A stretch of DNA of 41,421 bases from a virus. The notes below the pieces were generated by a model, which saw only the letters and a program-made list of their open reading frames with translations, was not told the origin of the DNA and searched no databases. The stretch lies in the IMG/VR virus record IMGVR_UViG_3300043932_000066; one strand, given 5' to 3'. This document shows positions 39,212-41,421 of the stretch, piece after piece. Within the stretch, counting starts at the first letter, position 1; each line of letters opens with the position of its first letter. The translations under genes and the position numbers were made by a program.

Positions 39212-40512
39212 TGCTGTGCCTTCCTGGTGTCGTCGTCGATGAGGCGGGCGTGGCGGCCGTCTCTGAACATGGGGATCGTCCCCGTGCGGCCCTGCCGGTT
39301 CTTCGCGAGGATCGCGTCGATGGGGACCTCGTCGGGCAGAACGCCACTGTCGTCGGCGTCAATGAGCTGGTGGAGGAGGATCACGGCGTCCGCGTCCTGC
39401 TCGATGCTCCCTGACTCCCGCAAGGCCGCGAGGTCGGGGCGTCCACTGCCCTTCGTGGACTCGCGGTTGAGCTGGCTGGCGACGATGACGGGGCAGTCGA
39501 ACTCCTGGGCCATGAGCTTCAGGTCCCGCGTGAAGCCACTGACCTCTTGGGCGCGGGACTCGACGCGGCGCCCACTGCTCATGAGCTGGAGGTAGTCCAC
39601 GACGATGCCAGCCAGCGGGCCACCTTGGGCGGCCTCCCGGGCGTGCTCGCGCACGTCCAGCGGCGTCGTCACACCGCGGTCCCCGAACCTCAGGCCCAGC
39701 CCAGCGATGTAGGCGGCCGCCTCACTGACGGTCTGCCAGTCCGCCGGCGACAGGGGCGACGTCCCGTCCTCCCGGCGGCCCTGGAGCTTGCCCAGTGGCA
39801 CGCCGGACACCTGGGAGACGAGCCGGGTCATCACCTCCGTGGGGCGCATCTCGATGGTCTCCAGGAGGACCGGACCGCGCCGGGCGAGGTCCAAGGCTGA
39901 GGCCTGGAGCATCAGGGACTTCCCGACGCCGGGGCGGGCGCCGACGATGTACAGGCCGCCCGGGCGCCACCCGCGCAGGCCCCGGTTGAGTCCGCGCCAC
40001 GGCGTGGGCACGTAGGGCGTCGCCTCGTCGAGTTGATCGATCATCTGTTCTGCCACGGTTTCTCCTGTGAGGATCGTTGGATTGTTGTCATCGACGGCTT
40101 GGAGGCCCTGGAGGGCTTCGAGTCGGACCTCCCGCACGCTGGCGTTGCCTTGGAGGAGCTGCCAGGCGCGGGAGAGGGTGTCGCCCACTTGCTGGCGCTG
40201 GTGGCGTTCGTGGAGTTGGGCGGCGTAGGTCTCACCGAGGTGGCCGACGGGCGCCGACTGGTAGCAGTCGAACAGCCAGATCAGGTTCACCGTGGGGCGG
40301 GTGAGTTCGTCCATGAGGCCCGCGTTGCCCATGACGGTCTGCGGGTCCACGGGCTCGCCCTCACCGGAGAGGTGCTGGATGACGCGCCACGTCTCGCGGC
40401 ACCGAGGGTCGCGGAACCATTCGGCCCGCACGGCGTGGAGGTCCGCGAGGTCCCTGGGGGACTGGAACGCGATCCCCACGACCTGACGCTCAATGTCGGG
40501 CGCCTCACTCAT
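39208..40512 (-). CDS. dnaB: DnaB-family replicative helicase
   Basis: 434 aa. Walker A GARPGVGKSLMLQ. IVVDYLQLM and ESGSIEQDADAVILLH motifs. Confidence 0.9.
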   Translation of the reverse strand: MSEAPDIERQVVGIAFQSPRDLADLHAVRAEWFRDPRCRETWRVIQHLSGEGEPVDPQTVMGNAGLMDELTRPTVNLIWLFDCYQSAPVGHLGETYAAQLHERHQRQQVGDTLSRAWQLLQGNASVREVRLEALQGLQAVDDNNPTILTGETVAEQMIDQLDEATPYVPTPWRGLNRGLRGWRPGGLYIVGARPGVGKSLMLQASALDLARRGPVLLETIEMRPTEVMTRLVSQVSGVPLGKLQGRREDGTSPLSPADWQTVSEAAAYIAGLGLRFGDRGVTTPLDVREHAREAAQGGPLAGIVVDYLQLMSSGRRVESRAQEVSGFTRDLKLMAQEFDCPVIVASQLNRESTKGSGRPDLAALRESGSIEQDADAVILLHQLIDADDSGVLPDEVPIDAILAKNRQGRTGTIPMFRDGRHARLIDDDTRKAQQ

Positions 40513-41421
40513 CGTCAGGACCGAACCCGTAGACGACCGGGCGGGCTGGAGTGTCGAGTCCGCCTGCCGGTCTCAGGAGCCCGTCGCGGGCCGCGTACTC
40601 GACGGCGTTGGTCAACCAGTTCCGGAACGCGGCGTCCCAGTCTGAGTAGCGCCTGTCGTTGGCCAGTGCCGAGGACCGGAACTTGTCGACTTGGCGCTGG
40701 AGGTCGAGGTGGAGGCTCGCTGCTTTCTCCGCGTGAGCTTCGTTCGGGGTCCAGTCGTCAGGCAGTGAGGTCTTCGGTCGCTTCCGGCTCTTCGATGTCT
40801 GAGTTCCCGCGTCAGCGGGAACCGGGCTCAGACACGTTAGTGTCTGGGTGCTGGTACTGGTGCTGGGGGAGGAACCAAATTGGAAGGGTTCCCCCTCCAT
40901 CAGGGGGATTATGGATTGAACCGAATCGGAACCGGAATGGAACCAATCGGGAACCAAATCGGAAGGGTTCCCAATCGGTTCCGGGAACTGCTTCGCCACC
41001 GGACTCGCGAACGAGGCGCCCCGATAGTCCGGATGTTCTTCGATGGTCCGACGGACCTCGATGGACACCAACTCCATGAGCTTCTGAGACGCGATCGTCG
41101 CGTGGTCGCGGACGATCATCTTCGCGATGTTGGGAGACTTAAGCCCCCCGTCGTGACGGACGAACGACCGGACCAACGCCTCCTCCGTGTCCGGGTCCAC
41201 GGCGATGAGTCGATGCTGACCGAGCCTCCACGCCGCTTCCCTGAGCGTGGGGATGTCCAGCCCCTCGGCCATCTTGATGAGCTTCGGCTCCCGCCACTCC
41301 ATGACGCCGCACGACGTCAGCGTGGGGTACGTGAGCATCGTAAAGTACAGCCATTGCGCGGCCAGCGGGACGTTCCGGAAGTCGGGGTCATTCCAGATCG
41401 TCAGATACACGCTCGCGTAGG
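40505..41421 (-). CDS. Replication initiator / replisome organiser (5' end cut by the window edge; true start wraps to 137)
   Basis: Immediately upstream of dnaB (8-nt overlap). Two protein-like domains flank a low-complexity linker that coincides with the iteron array. Assigned by synteny only. Confidence 0.65.
   Translation of the reverse strand, partial: YASVYLTIWNDPDFRNVPLAAQWLYFTMLTYPTLTSCGVMEWREPKLIKMAEGLDIPTLREAAWRLGQHRLIAVDPDTEEALVRSFVRHDGGLKSPNIAKMIVRDHATIASQKLMELVSIEVRRTIEEHPDYRGASFASPVAKQFPEPIGNPSDLVPDWFHSGSDSVQSIIPLMEGEPFQFGSSPSTSTSTQTLTCLSPVPADAGTQTSKSRKRPKTSLPDDWTPNEAHAEKAASLHLDLQRQVDKFRSSALANDRRYSDWDAAFRNWLTNAVEYAARDGLLRPAGGLDTPARPVVYGFGPDDE
40803..40988. repeat. Iteron/dyad array inside the initiator ORF (probable origin of replication)
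   Basis: GGAACCAAAT(T/C)GGAAGGGTTCCC at 40871-40893 and 40950-40972. Extra GGAACC/GGTTCC half-sites at 40928, 40939, 40977. Dyads gttcccgc-gtca-gcgggaac (40803-40822) and cagacac-gtta-gtgtctg (40829-40846). Confidence 0.6.
41295..41421. repeat. Terminal direct repeat, copy 2 (identical to 1..127)
   Basis: Same 127-nt string as the window start. It lies inside the replication-initiator ORF, so that gene is split by the linearisation point. Confidence 0.95.

Larger units (their letters stand above)
1..41421. mobile_element. Complete temperate siphovirus-type phage genome (circular assembly, unit length 41,294 bp), intact attP, no host flanks
   Basis: All modules are present: integrase/attP, ImmR-ImmA/Cro switch, RecET, replication, HNH-TerS-TerL-portal-MuF-scaffold-MCP, tail with G/GT frameshift and TMP, and lysis. 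The window ends are identical over 127 bp. Confidence 0.85.

Noticed and set aside
38609-41079. Plus-strand ORFs 38609..39595 (328 aa) and 40033..41079 (348 aa), and minus out-of-frame ORF 38613..39362
   Set aside because: They have Arg/Leu/Pro-rich composition and lie antisense or out of frame to ssb, dnaB and the initiator, all of which have diagnostic motifs.

Overview
The window is a complete temperate siphovirus-type phage genome from a high-GC Gram-positive (actinobacterial-type) host. It is a circular assembly: bases 1-127 are identical to 41295-41421, giving a unit length of 41,294 bp, with an intact attP and no host flanks. Nearly all genes lie on the minus strand, mostly joined by ATGA/GTGA stop-start overlaps. 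Reading the minus strand, the order is: tyrosine integrase next to an attP that carries a tRNA 3' end; a divergent ImmR-like repressor plus ImmA protease against a Cro-like gene; Bro-N/KilAC antirepressor; excisionase-type HTH genes; RecE-like/RecT; DUF4406; orphan DNA methyltransferase; RusA. Across the circular junction it continues with the replication initiator (internal iteron array), DnaB, SSB, a run of small early genes, a tRNA-like gene, HNH, TerS, TerL, portal, MuF, scaffold, capsid, connectors, major tail, G/GT chaperones with a -1 frameshift, tape measure, tail tip and fibre, then endolysin, holin and a membrane protein. Six plus-strand insertions interrupt this layout and are the best candidates for lysogen-expressed exclusion or defence functions. 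They are a PASTA lipoprotein between the chaperone and tape-measure genes, an HNH plus winged-helix-like ORF inside the tail-tip block, a membrane protein whose gene overlaps a convergent early-operon membrane-protein gene by 248 bp, an attP-proximal cassette with a Ros/MucR-type zinc-finger regulator, and two very small ORFs. A conserved 18-20 bp stop/start junction cassette is repeated five times among the small early genes. All family names come from motifs read by eye in the translations; no database search was run.
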